Shown in pieces: positions 54,457 to 63,782 of a DNA stretch of 64,000 bases (position 1 is the first letter of the stretch; each line of letters starts with the position of its first letter). The notes beneath the pieces are model-generated. The model was not told the DNA's origin and searched no databases. It saw only the letters and a list, made by a program, of their open reading frames with translations. The stretch comes from a virus. Its lineage: Duplodnaviria > Caudoviricetes. The stretch lies in IMG/VR virus record IMGVR_UViG_3300009095_000001, positions 33,538-97,537 of that record; one strand, 5' to 3'. Made by a program: the position numbers and the translations under genes.

Positions 54457-56433
54457 ATGACCGAACACAGCATCACCCTCAAGACCAAGTCCCCTGGGCA
54501 AGGGCCCCACACAATCACCATCCGAAGTAACCACGTCAGGATCGGCCACGCCCGCTCCAACGAGATCATCCTGCATGGCGATCGTGTGCACGTTGTGCAC
54601 GCCGTCATAAAAATCAGCGAGAGCGGAGCGACGGTCGAGAACGCCGCCTGGCCGAAAGGCGGAGTCAAGATCAACGACTTCCAGATGGTGGGAGTCGAGA
54701 CCGCGCTCAAGGTCGGCGACGTGCTGTCGGTCGGCGAGCACACGATCGAGGTCGTCGAGCTGGTCATCCCTCAGAAGGTCGAGCCCATGGATCGGCGCGG
54801 CTACGTCATGGTGCGTTTCAGCGCGGACGCAGCGGCTGAGCTGAGCAAGCCCGCGGACGGCGACACGGTCGAGCGGTTCGGCCACGCCCGCGAGAAGTTG
54901 GGCGAGATTCTCGGCCGCAAGCTCGCCGACGACGAGACCTTGGCGGAGGGCATCGCTGCCGTTCGTGAGCGCTACCAGGGCGCGCGCTCGCAGCTGGCCG
55001 CGGTCGCCAAGGCCCTTCGCCTGGTGCCGGGGGCGAGCTCGGAGGCGATGGTCGACGCGATCAGCCGCCTGCACGAAGATATCGACGAAGCGAACGCGGC
55101 GCTCGCCGAGTGGTGCCCGGAGTGCGACCCCACGCGCTGCTCACTGAGCGGCACGGTTGCGCTGCTGATCGCCGACGTGTTGAAGCCGCAGGCGGACCGC
55201 ATCGCCGATCTCGAAGCGACGCTCGCGGACGGTCACGGCAGCTTGCTCCGCCGCAGTATGCTCGACGTGCTCGGCTGCAATCCGAAGCTCACCGACGCCC
55301 AGCTGGTCTCGATTGTGCGTGAGATTCGCAACCCGTACATCAAGCTCCGCGACGACTTGACCGCGGCGAGCGGACTACAGACCGGTATCTACTACCCCGA
55401 CGAGAGCATCGTCGCGCAGGTGCGGTTGCTGGCGTCCAAACTCAAAGCCGCGCGAGCGGATGGTGAGGAACTGCGAGCGCGGCTCGAAGCGCAGGCGGTC
55501 GAGCTGCGGACCATCTTCGATGCGATCACGATCGCAGAGAACGCGATGCGACGACCAGGCGAGTCGTCCAGCCAGCTCGTGGTGCGGTTGATGGAGAGCC
55601 GCCGGTGGGAGAACAAGCGGATCGGTCGCTTCCGCAAAGCGCTCGAGGCCGGGCTCGACCGTGCGATCAGTGATGACGAGTTCACGCCCGAGGCCATCGA
55701 AGTGATCGCCAGGGACCGGCGCGCCGCGTGGGATAGGATCGACCGGCTCGAGCGGGAGCTTGGAGAGCTGCGCACGGGGACAGCTCAGCTGCTGCAAGCG
55801 CTGAGCGACGCCTCGGGATCCGAGTCGCCGTTCGACGGGAACGTGACCACCAAGGCGATCGAGAGCGGGTTGTGGGCGGTGCGGGCCATGGTCATGCATA
55901 GCGACCAGCTCGAGAAGGGTCTCGCCAAGAGCTGGACCGATCAGCCGACGACCACCGAGGTGGGGGCGCGAGCTGGCTGCGATAGCCGCCTGGTCGAGTT
56001 CTTCTACCTGCTGACCCGCGATGAGCTGAGCTTCGGCTCGGTCAAGAAGCTGCTGCGCGAGCTGGCTCCGCTCGGGTCCGACCTTCGCTACACCTCAACC
56101 GGCGGCGAGGCGATGGCCCGCGAGATCGTGCACGAGCTGCTCACGGGCGAGAAGCCGCCGCGCGAGGCCGAAGCCGACAAGGCGACGGCGGAGCCCAAGG
56201 TCGAGCCTCAAGCCGAGCCGGGGGTGGTCGACTGGACCAGCCCGAGCATTATCGGCCGGCGCGTGGTCATCGTTGCCGGCGAGAACATGGGCTCCCACGG
56301 CGTCGTGGAGAGGGCGTGTGTACCCGGCGACTCGTGGGTTTGGGTCCCGGTGAAGCTCTCCGGCCAAATCAGCAGCTATCGCTACAGGCCGAGCAACGAG
56401 CTCCTGCTCGCGCCCGAGGAGCCAAGCGAGTGA
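54457..56433 (+). CDS. Degenerate FHA domain + coiled-coil + KOW-like C-terminus protein
   Basis: VRIGHARSNEIILHGDRVHVVHAVI...GVKIN...LKVGDVLSVG; IGRRVVIVAGENMGSHGVV. Confidence 0.75.
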   Translation: MTEHSITLKTKSPGQGPHTITIRSNHVRIGHARSNEIILHGDRVHVVHAVIKISESGATVENAAWPKGGVKINDFQMVGVETALKVGDVLSVGEHTIEVVELVIPQKVEPMDRRGYVMVRFSADAAAELSKPADGDTVERFGHAREKLGEILGRKLADDETLAEGIAAVRERYQGARSQLAAVAKALRLVPGASSEAMVDAISRLHEDIDEANAALAEWCPECDPTRCSLSGTVALLIADVLKPQADRIADLEATLADGHGSLLRRSMLDVLGCNPKLTDAQLVSIVREIRNPYIKLRDDLTAASGLQTGIYYPDESIVAQVRLLASKLKAARADGEELRARLEAQAVELRTIFDAITIAENAMRRPGESSSQLVVRLMESRRWENKRIGRFRKALEAGLDRAISDDEFTPEAIEVIARDRRAAWDRIDRLERELGELRTGTAQLLQALSDASGSESPFDGNVTTKAIESGLWAVRAMVMHSDQLEKGLAKSWTDQPTTTEVGARAGCDSRLVEFFYLLTRDELSFGSVKKLLRELAPLGSDLRYTSTGGEAMAREIVHELLTGEKPPREAEADKATAEPKVEPQAEPGVVDWTSPSIIGRRVVIVAGENMGSHGVVERACVPGDSWVWVPVKLSGQISSYRYRPSNELLLAPEEPSE

Positions 56434-56636
56434 CCTGGAAGATCAACAAGTCGCAGCGCCGCCCGGGGTGGCTGGTCGTGATCGGCCCGAAGCACGAGCC
56501 ATTCTACGAGCAGCTCAAGCGCGACGTCCCGGCGCGGCATCGAACCTGGGAGCCCACGCTCCGGGCCTGGCTCGTGCACGAGGACGCCAGGGATACACTG
56601 GAGCGCATCATTGAGGGACACAGCACCGATGCGTAA
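56430..56636 (+). CDS. Small HARP-like hypothetical protein
   Basis: FYEQLKRDVPARHRTWEPTLRAWLV. Confidence 0.55.
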   Translation: MTWKINKSQRRPGWLVVIGPKHEPFYEQLKRDVPARHRTWEPTLRAWLVHEDARDTLERIIEGHSTDA

Positions 56637-56880
56637 TCAGATCATGGTGATCCAGCCCCACTACGATGGGCCCAAGGCTAGCGAGCACGTCCGCGACTTC
56701 TGGGCTCGGCAAGATGCGGACCCTGCTGGCGTCGTGGTCGTGACGGTCGATGACAAGCTCGCGGGCGTGTTCTCGACCTACGGCGCAGCGATGCAGCACG
56801 CCAAGGCGGCGGACGGCCCCGCGGTCGTGGTGCCCAAGCGGCTCGACGATCCTGCGTGGGGAAACGCGGTGATCCAATGA
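56629..56880 (+). CDS. Hypothetical protein
   Basis: Coupled ORF. Confidence 0.55.
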   Translation: MRNQIMVIQPHYDGPKASEHVRDFWARQDADPAGVVVVTVDDKLAGVFSTYGAAMQHAKAADGPAVVVPKRLDDPAWGNAVIQ

Positions 56881-57098
56881 CCGATGCCGCTGTCGCCAGC
56901 CACGCCTCGCAGACGGAGTGCGGGGGCTTGGTCGAGCTCAGCGAGTACGGGCACCCGATGGTGCACATAGGTGAGCTCGAGCTTCGGCTGGTCTGCTGCA
57001 CCCGCTGCGGGCACAAGGCCTACCTCTCGCCAGCAATTCAACGGTGCCCGCGCATGGTGCGGAAATCCCCGGCGGGCCAGCCTGTTGGTCGGGTATGA
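56877..57098 (+). CDS. Small Cys-containing hypothetical protein
   Basis: Coupled ORF; ECGG...CCTRCGH. Confidence 0.5.
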   Translation: MTDAAVASHASQTECGGLVELSEYGHPMVHIGELELRLVCCTRCGHKAYLSPAIQRCPRMVRKSPAGQPVGRV

Positions 57099-57508
57099 CC
57101 AGGCCGACCGTACTCGCTGCAATCACCCACACCGCGCTGCTGATCGCCGTGGCGATCGGCTGCCCCCAGCCCGACCCGATCGTCGCCAAGCCGGCCCCGG
57201 CCGTGCCCGCGACGAAGCCCAAGAGCCCTCCCCGGCGCACCGTCCTGTGCATGCCGCGGGAGGGCGTCCCCGTTGCGTGGGACACTTCGCAGATGAGCAT
57301 ACTTTCGCCCAACGCGTGCGGTGCCGAAGCTGTGCCGCTCCCCTGCGACCGAGGGACCGCCTGCGATCGCTACGGCTGCACGTGCCTCTGCGATGATGAC
57401 TACGGGACCGCGGACTGCGACGAAGCAGCGCTCTACCTTCGGCAAGAGCACGGCGTGGAGCTGGTGACCAGCTGCGAGCACTCGCTCTGCGGATGGGCCC
57501 GACCATGA
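57095..57508 (+). CDS. Cys-rich lipoprotein
   Basis: ALLIAVAIG-C lipobox; Pro linker; many Cys. Confidence 0.7.
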   Translation: MTRPTVLAAITHTALLIAVAIGCPQPDPIVAKPAPAVPATKPKSPPRRTVLCMPREGVPVAWDTSQMSILSPNACGAEAVPLPCDRGTACDRYGCTCLCDDDYGTADCDEAALYLRQEHGVELVTSCEHSLCGWARP

Positions 57509-58137
57509 GCCGGACCGTCAAGCCGCCGTGCCCCATGGGTAAGTTCGTGGTGCTCGAAGGCATCGACGGGAGCGGCACGACCACGCAGCTTGGGCTCGTC
57601 GCCCAGCGCCTGCGCGCCCGCGGCCACGTGGTGCACGAGACCCGCGAGCCGTCCGGCGGGCAGTGGGGCCGGCAGATCCGCGAGCTGCTCGCCGCCCCGC
57701 CGAGCTCGGTCAATCGCAGGACCCTCGCGCAGCTGTTCGCGTCCGATCGGATGGATCACCTGCGCGACGAGATCATGCCCGCGCTGCACTCCGGCAAGGT
57801 CGTGCTCTGCGATCGCTACGTGATCTCGTCGCTGGTCTACCAGGGGCTCGACTGCGATCCCGAGTGGGTTCGCAAGATCAACCGCTACGCGCGTCCGCCC
57901 GACCTGACGATCGTTCTCGAGCTCCCGGCAGAGCTCGCGGTCGAGCGGACGGCTGCGCGGCGGCAAGAGACGGGCGAGTCGGTCGAGATCTACGACCAGA
58001 TCGACACGCAGCGCCGGCTTGCGGAGGCGTACCGCGACGCGATCAAGCGCTACCGCCTGGCGAGCGTGAATGCGACCGCGAGCGTGGGCGTGGTGACGGA
58101 GCTGATCCTCGAGCTCTGCGTGGGAATCGGGCTGTAG
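57505..58137 (+). CDS. tmk: Thymidylate kinase
   Basis: FVVLEGIDGSGTTTQ, TREPSGG, LFASDRMDH, VLCDRYVISSLVYQG, PDLTIVL. Confidence 0.93.
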   Translation: MSRTVKPPCPMGKFVVLEGIDGSGTTTQLGLVAQRLRARGHVVHETREPSGGQWGRQIRELLAAPPSSVNRRTLAQLFASDRMDHLRDEIMPALHSGKVVLCDRYVISSLVYQGLDCDPEWVRKINRYARPPDLTIVLELPAELAVERTAARRQETGESVEIYDQIDTQRRLAEAYRDAIKRYRLASVNATASVGVVTELILELCVGIGL

Positions 58138-58305
58138 GTCCGGTGGTCGGCTGGTCGCGCTGGCTGTGGTGCGCGGGGAGATCCTGCGCCGCGGAGACGA
58201 CCGTCATGAATCACCAGCGCTATCGCGGTGCCGCTTTGTGCTTACCCCACAAGAGCGGCATTCGCCTTTGTGGAATGCTTGGCGCAGCTCTGCGGTCGCG
58301 CGGGC

Positions 58306-58566
58306 ATGAGCAAGAAGGCTCCCAAGAAGCGCGCTCGCAAGTACAAGCACGACACCCCGATCACGTTCTGGCTGTCGATGCACAGCAATCACACCGCGAA
58401 GGAATCGGACACCAGCACGGTCGGCGAGTGGCTCGGACACTCCGCCGAGGAGGTCGAGAAGCTCTCCGATGACGAGATCGAGTCGGAGCTGGACGAAGCC
58501 GAGGGTGAGTGGCTCGTTGGGCAAGTCGACCACGGGTGGTACAAGGGCGAGGCTGATCGTGGGTGA
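58306..58566 (+). CDS. Small acidic hypothetical protein
   Basis: LSDDEIESELDEAEGEW...GWY. Confidence 0.6.
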   Translation: MSKKAPKKRARKYKHDTPITFWLSMHSNHTAKESDTSTVGEWLGHSAEEVEKLSDDEIESELDEAEGEWLVGQVDHGWYKGEADRG

Positions 58567-58852
58567 GCGCATCGTCATCAACGCCAAGGTCGGCGACGAC
58601 ACCGAGCGCAGGCTCAAGGCCGCATGTGCTCGGGGCGCGACCGTGCTGATCGAGGGCAAGCGCTGGGTCTTCAACTACGTCAGCCAGGCCCACGGTCCGC
58701 GCAACAGCACATACCGACAGCGGACGTTCGAGCTGCTCGAAGCACCGCGCACCAGGGACGTCACCGACGACGAACTAGACGCGCCCGACGGCGAGCGCGT
58801 GGGCGACTACGTGCGCCACGGCGACCAGTGGGTGCTTGATCCTGCGGAATGA
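58559..58852 (+). CDS. Hypothetical protein
   Basis: Coupled ORF. Confidence 0.55.
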   Translation: MGERIVINAKVGDDTERRLKAACARGATVLIEGKRWVFNYVSQAHGPRNSTYRQRTFELLEAPRTRDVTDDELDAPDGERVGDYVRHGDQWVLDPAE

Positions 58853-58879
58853 GCCGCGGCGCTTCGCAGTCGAGCGGGC

Positions 58880-59566
58880 ATGAGCACCGAACCCGAGACC
58901 ACAACGACCGAGACCACCGACGCGAAGCTGCCACCGGGCTATCGTGTACGCGCGAACAAGCACGGCAATCCCTGGACCTACTACGTTCTCGATGCGGACG
59001 GCCATTCAATGAGCCGCGAGTACGTCGAGGAGTCCGAGGCCATTGACGAGGCTCTGTGGTTGATCGACCGCGAGAGTGAGCTGATCGAGACCAACCGCGA
59101 GCTGCAAGACGAGAACGCCAAGCTGCGCGACGAGAACATCGAGTTGCACGGTGCGGTCGAGAAGCACGTCGAGTTTGCGCGCGGGATCCTTCGCAATGTC
59201 CCGTTCGTCTGCCACGACTGGACTGGAGATGGCACGCTCGACGATGCCGAGGTCGACGCCCTTGGTCGCGTGCTCGTCGACATTGGCGGCGGCGAGAAGC
59301 GCCACAGCAACATGCTCTCGATGCTGGCCATGAACGCCGCGTGCGGCTGGATCGCTGAGTTGGATCTCGCGCTCGGCCAAGTCCGATCGCTGACAAAGCA
59401 CGGCTATCTCGGCGACGAGCCGCTGACCATGCAGCACTGCCGCGAGTTCGAGGCGCATCTGTACACGCGGGAACGCAACGGCGGAGCGAGCCCGAGCGAT
59501 GCCGTGCTCGACGTCGCCGTGGAGCTGGCCAGGCTCTCGCGAGGGCTACCGCGCGAGCCCGCGTAA
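58880..59566 (+). CDS. Hypothetical coiled-coil protein
   Basis: Heptads NRELQDENAKLRDENIEL. Confidence 0.65.
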   Translation: MSTEPETTTTETTDAKLPPGYRVRANKHGNPWTYYVLDADGHSMSREYVEESEAIDEALWLIDRESELIETNRELQDENAKLRDENIELHGAVEKHVEFARGILRNVPFVCHDWTGDGTLDDAEVDALGRVLVDIGGGEKRHSNMLSMLAMNAACGWIAELDLALGQVRSLTKHGYLGDEPLTMQHCREFEAHLYTRERNGGASPSDAVLDVAVELARLSRGLPREPA

Positions 59567-59604
59567 ATCACGCAATAATGCCGGGCCCGTGCGGTACTAC
59601 CTGC

Positions 59605-59958
59605 ATGAGTGAATACGCCCGCGAATTCGGCAAGCACGTCCGCAGCCTTCGGCGCGCGCGAGGGGTCACGCAAGACGCCCTCGCGCAGCGCTCCGGGCTG
59701 TCGGCAGACACCATCCGCCGCATCGAACACGGCAGCTTCTCGGCCAGCATCGACACGCTCCGCAAGCTCTGCGGCGGTCTCGGTGTCGCGCCCAGCACCT
59801 TGTTCGAGAGCTTCGAGCTTGGGCGGACCGACGAGCGGCGCGAGCTGTTCGACTTGATCTGCAGTCGTTCGCCGGCTGAGCTGGTGCTCGTCGCGAGGGT
59901 GGTCCGCGTTCTGCTCGACGAGCTCGACACCTTTGCCGCGCGAGGCCTGGCCCGATGA
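59605..59958 (+). CDS. XRE-family transcriptional regulator
   Basis: FGKHVRSLRRARGVTQDALAQRSGLSADTIRRIEHG. Confidence 0.9.
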   Translation: MSEYAREFGKHVRSLRRARGVTQDALAQRSGLSADTIRRIEHGSFSASIDTLRKLCGGLGVAPSTLFESFELGRTDERRELFDLICSRSPAELVLVARVVRVLLDELDTFAARGLAR

Positions 59959-60173
59959 CCGCGTTGCAGCACTTCGGGAACAAGGTCCGAGTCGAGCGCG
60001 AGCGGCAGGGACTGTCGCAAGAGGAGCTCGCGCTCCGGGCCGACCTGCATCGCACGTACATCGGCGGCGTCGAGCGGGGCGAGCGGAACATCAGCCTGCT
60101 CAATCTGCTGCGGATCGCCCGGGCGCTTGGGGTCTCGCCGGCCGACTTGCTCGAGGACGAGCCGCAGGTATAG
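59955..60173 (+). CDS. XRE-family regulator, R-M controller (C protein)-like
   Basis: GLSQEELALRADLHRTYIGGVERGERNISLLNLLRIARALGV. Confidence 0.9.
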   Translation: MTALQHFGNKVRVERERQGLSQEELALRADLHRTYIGGVERGERNISLLNLLRIARALGVSPADLLEDEPQV

Positions 60174-60205
60174 AGTCGGGTCAGAACGATCGGGGATGGA
60201 GAGTC

Positions 60206-60243
60206 GCCCGCTCCGGTTTGCTCATGCCGGGGCGGGCTTTTTT
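60206..60243 (+). terminator. Rho-independent terminator
   Basis: GCCCGCTCCGGT / GCCGGGGCGGGC stem followed by TTTTTT. Confidence 0.8.
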
Positions 60244-60749
60244 CATTGGCCGAGCTCGGGCGCGACGATCATGCAAGCCACGTAGGCGTCGGCGAGGTCG
60301 TCGAGGGTCTGCTGGCACGGCGAGGCGAGGTACTTCGCCTGCGCTTCCATGGCTCGGAGTGCGGCCTGGTCGAGCGGGTCGTTGATCGCCGGGACCGGGG
60401 CTAGCTCGAGGCCCTGCTCGGCCGCGGCCTTGGCTGCTCGCTCGGCTTCGCGTCGTCGATCCTCGCGCGCAGCTGCCCAGTCGGAGAGCCAGCACCCGAC
60501 GCCCGAGAGGATCGCATCCCACGGCACTTTCCCGGTGTCGACGTCGGCGGCGGTCAGGCTCTTGCCCGCGCCGCATGCTGCCGCGCCGACGCCGATCAGC
60601 GTGTTGCTGCGCATCGCGGGGGTGCAGGCGAGCGTGCATACCAGGACCCCGAGCGCGACGAGCCTGGTCGATCGAGGCGCTGCGGGGTCGTTCGTCACGG
60701 AGTAGGCGAAGCGCCTGAGGTCATCTGCGGTTGGTATTTTGGTCACCAT
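60243..60749 (-). CDS. Putative lipoprotein/membrane protein
   Basis: TACACT-N6-ATG start; RLVALGVLVCTLA-C; Cys pairs. Confidence 0.65.
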   Translation of the reverse strand: MVTKIPTADDLRRFAYSVTNDPAAPRSTRLVALGVLVCTLACTPAMRSNTLIGVGAAACGAGKSLTAADVDTGKVPWDAILSGVGCWLSDWAAAREDRRREAERAAKAAAEQGLELAPVPAINDPLDQAALRAMEAQAKYLASPCQQTLDDLADAYVACMIVAPELGQ

Positions 60750-60798
60750 GCGCGGAGTGTAGCGGAATAGCGGGCGCACAACGGAGCTTCGCGGACGG

Positions 60799-61659
60799 AT
60801 GCGAGATCGACAGCACCGCGCTGCGGCACGCCACGGCGACGCCGCCCGCGAGATCGCCAACGGCCTGCGCTCGATCCAGGCCAAGAGCGGCCACAACCTC
60901 GCGCGGATCTGGGACGACTGGATCAGCTCGATGGCGCTGGCGATCGCCAACAAGTGCGACCGCCGGCCGGCCGCTGTGGAGCGCCGCGAGGCCGAGTACA
61001 TGCAGATCGTCAAGGCCCACAAGCGCGAGACCATGTTCGCCTATCGCGACATGCTGCACGCCGTCATCCGGGGCATGGACACCGATCTGCCGTTCGACTT
61101 GCTCGGCTCGGTCTACATGGCGCTCGAGCTGGGCAGCAGCCACGCGGGCCAGTTCTTCACCCCCACCGACGTCTGCACGCTCATGGTGAGGATGGCCGTC
61201 GAGCCCGAGGATCTGCGGGAGATCGTCGAGCGCGACGGGTTCGTGACCACGTGCGAGCCGTCGATCGGCGGCGGGGCTATCGTGCTGCCCGTGCTCTCGG
61301 CGATCTACGAAGCCGGACTCGTGCCCTTCCATCATCTGCACGTGGTCGGGATTGACGTCGACTACACGGTGCTGCGCATGGCCTACGTCCAGCTGTCGCT
61401 TCTCGGCGTGCCCGCGGTTCTCTACGTCGGCGACACGCTGCGGATGCAGATGCGCGACGACTGGTTCACGCCCGCGCACGTCGCATTCGGCTGGGGCGCG
61501 AAGCTCCGGCGCCACCGCGAGCGCGAGGCGATGGAGCGCAAGCTGGCCGAACTCGGCGTAGGATTGACGCGTGATCAAGCGAAAGCTGATCCCGCGCCGG
61601 TGGTTCCGGCCGAGCCCGCACCCGCGCCGTCGCAAGGCTCGCTGTTCGATGGCTGGTGA
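60799..61659 (+). CDS. N-6 DNA methylase-like protein (HsdM N-half, no NPPY motif)
   Basis: DLLGSVYMALE...GQFFTP, EPSIGGGAI, GIDVD...MAYVQLSLLGVPA...GDTL. Confidence 0.85.
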   Translation: MRDRQHRAAARHGDAAREIANGLRSIQAKSGHNLARIWDDWISSMALAIANKCDRRPAAVERREAEYMQIVKAHKRETMFAYRDMLHAVIRGMDTDLPFDLLGSVYMALELGSSHAGQFFTPTDVCTLMVRMAVEPEDLREIVERDGFVTTCEPSIGGGAIVLPVLSAIYEAGLVPFHHLHVVGIDVDYTVLRMAYVQLSLLGVPAVLYVGDTLRMQMRDDWFTPAHVAFGWGAKLRRHREREAMERKLAELGVGLTRDQAKADPAPVVPAEPAPAPSQGSLFDGW

Positions 61660-61662
61660 CCG

Positions 61663-62031
61663 ATGACAGACCCGTATCGACCAAAGCCCGAGCGGCAGCG
61701 CTACACCATCACGGTCAACGGCCACGTGATCGAGGGCGAGCACTTCCGCGAGATCGCCGAGCAGCTGCGCGCGCTCGGGCTCACGACCAAGATGATCACC
61801 GACATTGCTGGTCTGGCCGTCATGGCGAAGGGGCCGGTCAAGATGACGATCGAGATCGAAGATCTCGAAGCGCTCGAACGCGGGACCCGTTGCCGTCGGT
61901 GCCAGGGCGTGGGCGTGACCAGGTGGGCCGCGTTCGTATCGGGCCTTGCGTGGCTGTTGGCGGGACTGGTCGGCGCCGACGTCGAGACGCCGCCCTGCCC
62001 ACGGTGTGGCGGGACCGGGAGGGTCGGTTGA
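61663..62031 (+). CDS. Hypothetical protein with CxxCxGxG zinc finger flanking a hydrophobic segment
   Basis: CRRCQGVG...CPRCGGTG. Confidence 0.65.
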   Translation: MTDPYRPKPERQRYTITVNGHVIEGEHFREIAEQLRALGLTTKMITDIAGLAVMAKGPVKMTIEIEDLEALERGTRCRRCQGVGVTRWAAFVSGLAWLLAGLVGADVETPPCPRCGGTGRVG

Positions 62032-62879
62032 TCACGACGCACGCGCAGCGCTGGTACCGACGGCGCGAGAGCTACAGGCCGGTCACCGAGGCCTCGATCG
62101 GCTCGCTCGAGCACGAGGTCGCCGAGATCCCCGACGACACCACGGCCAAGGCGTTTGTCCTCGAGCACCACTACTCGGGCAGCTACGTCAGCGCGAAACG
62201 GCGCTTCGGTCTCTACTGCGGCAAGGCCAAGGTCGATCCCGAGACCGGCAAGCCGACGGGTCACCTGGTCGGCGTCGCCGTGTTCTCGACGCCCGTCAAC
62301 CCGCTAAGCCTGGACCCTGCGCCCGGCGACAAGGACAGCCGCGCCGAGCTCGGTCGGCTGGTCCTGCTCGACGACGTTGCGGCCAACGGTGAGAGCTGGT
62401 TCTTGGCGCGGTGCTTCGAGCTCTTGCGGCGCGAGGGCTTCACGGGGATCGTGAGCTTCTCGGACCCGGTCGCGCGCACGAACATCGATGGCGATCGCGT
62501 GCACCCGGGGCACATCGGCACGATCTACCAGGCGACCAACGGCGTGTATCTCGGGACGTCGAAGGCGGAGACTCGGCTGCTCTTGCCCGACGGCACGATG
62601 ATCCCCAACCGGCTGCTCACCAAGATCCGCAAGGGCGAGAGGGGTTGGCGGTACGGGGTCGAGCTGCTCGAGCACCACGGCGCCGATCCTCTGTTCGCGT
62701 GCGCGGATGCAACGGCCTGGCTCCGCCGCGTGCTGCCGACGATCACCCGTCCGCTTCGGCACACGGGCAATCATAAATACGTGTGGGACTTGGAGCGCCG
62801 CGGGAAGCGGGCACGGCTGCCGCCGTCGAAGCCCTACCCGAAGCTCGCGCTCGGGCAGCTGGGCATCTTCGCGGAATGA
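62028..62879 (+). CDS. Mom-family adenine modification protein (GNAT-like)
   Basis: AKAFVLEHHYSGS, LVGVAVF, ELGRLVLLD, NGESWFLA, IVSFSDP, GHIGTIYQATN.VYLG, KYVW; TTG start overlaps upstream stop. Confidence 0.88.
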   Translation: MITTHAQRWYRRRESYRPVTEASIGSLEHEVAEIPDDTTAKAFVLEHHYSGSYVSAKRRFGLYCGKAKVDPETGKPTGHLVGVAVFSTPVNPLSLDPAPGDKDSRAELGRLVLLDDVAANGESWFLARCFELLRREGFTGIVSFSDPVARTNIDGDRVHPGHIGTIYQATNGVYLGTSKAETRLLLPDGTMIPNRLLTKIRKGERGWRYGVELLEHHGADPLFACADATAWLRRVLPTITRPLRHTGNHKYVWDLERRGKRARLPPSKPYPKLALGQLGIFAE

Positions 62880-62906
62880 CGAAGGCCGCTCCGGGTTGCG
62901 GCTCGC

Positions 62907-63782
62907 ATGCTGATCGCCGAGAGCTTGACCGCACTCACCCAGCGCCTGCGCAACACCGGCATGGTGTACGTCGACCGCGACCACGTGTCGGATCTCGACT
63001 GGTCAGGCGTCGACTACTACGTGCTCCGGCGTATGTCCGGCCGTCGCTTCGATGCGTACCAGCACACCGAGACCGCGCGCGCGATGATCCGCGTCGTGGG
63101 TGACCGGGGCCGACAGACGTACCGCCATTTTCGATGGGCTCCCGGCGCTCGGCCGCACGAGCACTTGTTCAAGTGGTGCATCGATCCGATCGGCCAAGGC
63201 GGCGGCCCGGAGTCGACCGCGAGCCCGGTCGCGGAGAGTCTGACCCTGATCACCGGAGGTCTCGTGTATCGGCGGCTGCGGACGCGGCTCTGGTTCCTCA
63301 ACCTTCCCAGCCTGATCTTCGCGTGCAGCTGGCCGTGGGTTCTCGAGTGGGGCCGCTCGGATCTCTACCTCGCGCTCACCAGGGGCACGCCGTTCGAAAT
63401 GATCGCGGACTGGGTCGGCGTGCAGGGTGGCCATGCGCAGCTCAGCGACGCGCTGATCCGGTGGCATCGGGCGAACGAAGACGTTCGCCCGATGACGCGG
63501 CTTGCCGCTGCGCTCGCGCTGTTCGAGGCAACCGAGCCGCTGCGCATGGCCGGTGGTGCACTGATCGAGCGGCAAGCGGAGGATTGGACCGAGCACCGAG
63601 AGGCGTTCAACGAGTGGGATCGCTGGGTGTGGACGGGCGGCAAGGGGCCCGAGCCCGAGGTGTCCAAGGACGTGAAGCAGAGCCCCGAGACCGCAGCCGC
63701 GCTCGAGCACCTGCTGTCGTTCGGCAAGGGCTGCCCTCGCCGCGACTCGACTCCCAAGATAAAGCAGGCGATGGTCGGGTGA
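62907..63782 (+). CDS. Hypothetical protein
   Basis: 291 aa ORF; no motif recognised. Confidence 0.65.
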   Translation: MLIAESLTALTQRLRNTGMVYVDRDHVSDLDWSGVDYYVLRRMSGRRFDAYQHTETARAMIRVVGDRGRQTYRHFRWAPGARPHEHLFKWCIDPIGQGGGPESTASPVAESLTLITGGLVYRRLRTRLWFLNLPSLIFACSWPWVLEWGRSDLYLALTRGTPFEMIADWVGVQGGHAQLSDALIRWHRANEDVRPMTRLAAALALFEATEPLRMAGGALIERQAEDWTEHREAFNEWDRWVWTGGKGPEPEVSKDVKQSPETAAALEHLLSFGKGCPRRDSTPKIKQAMVG

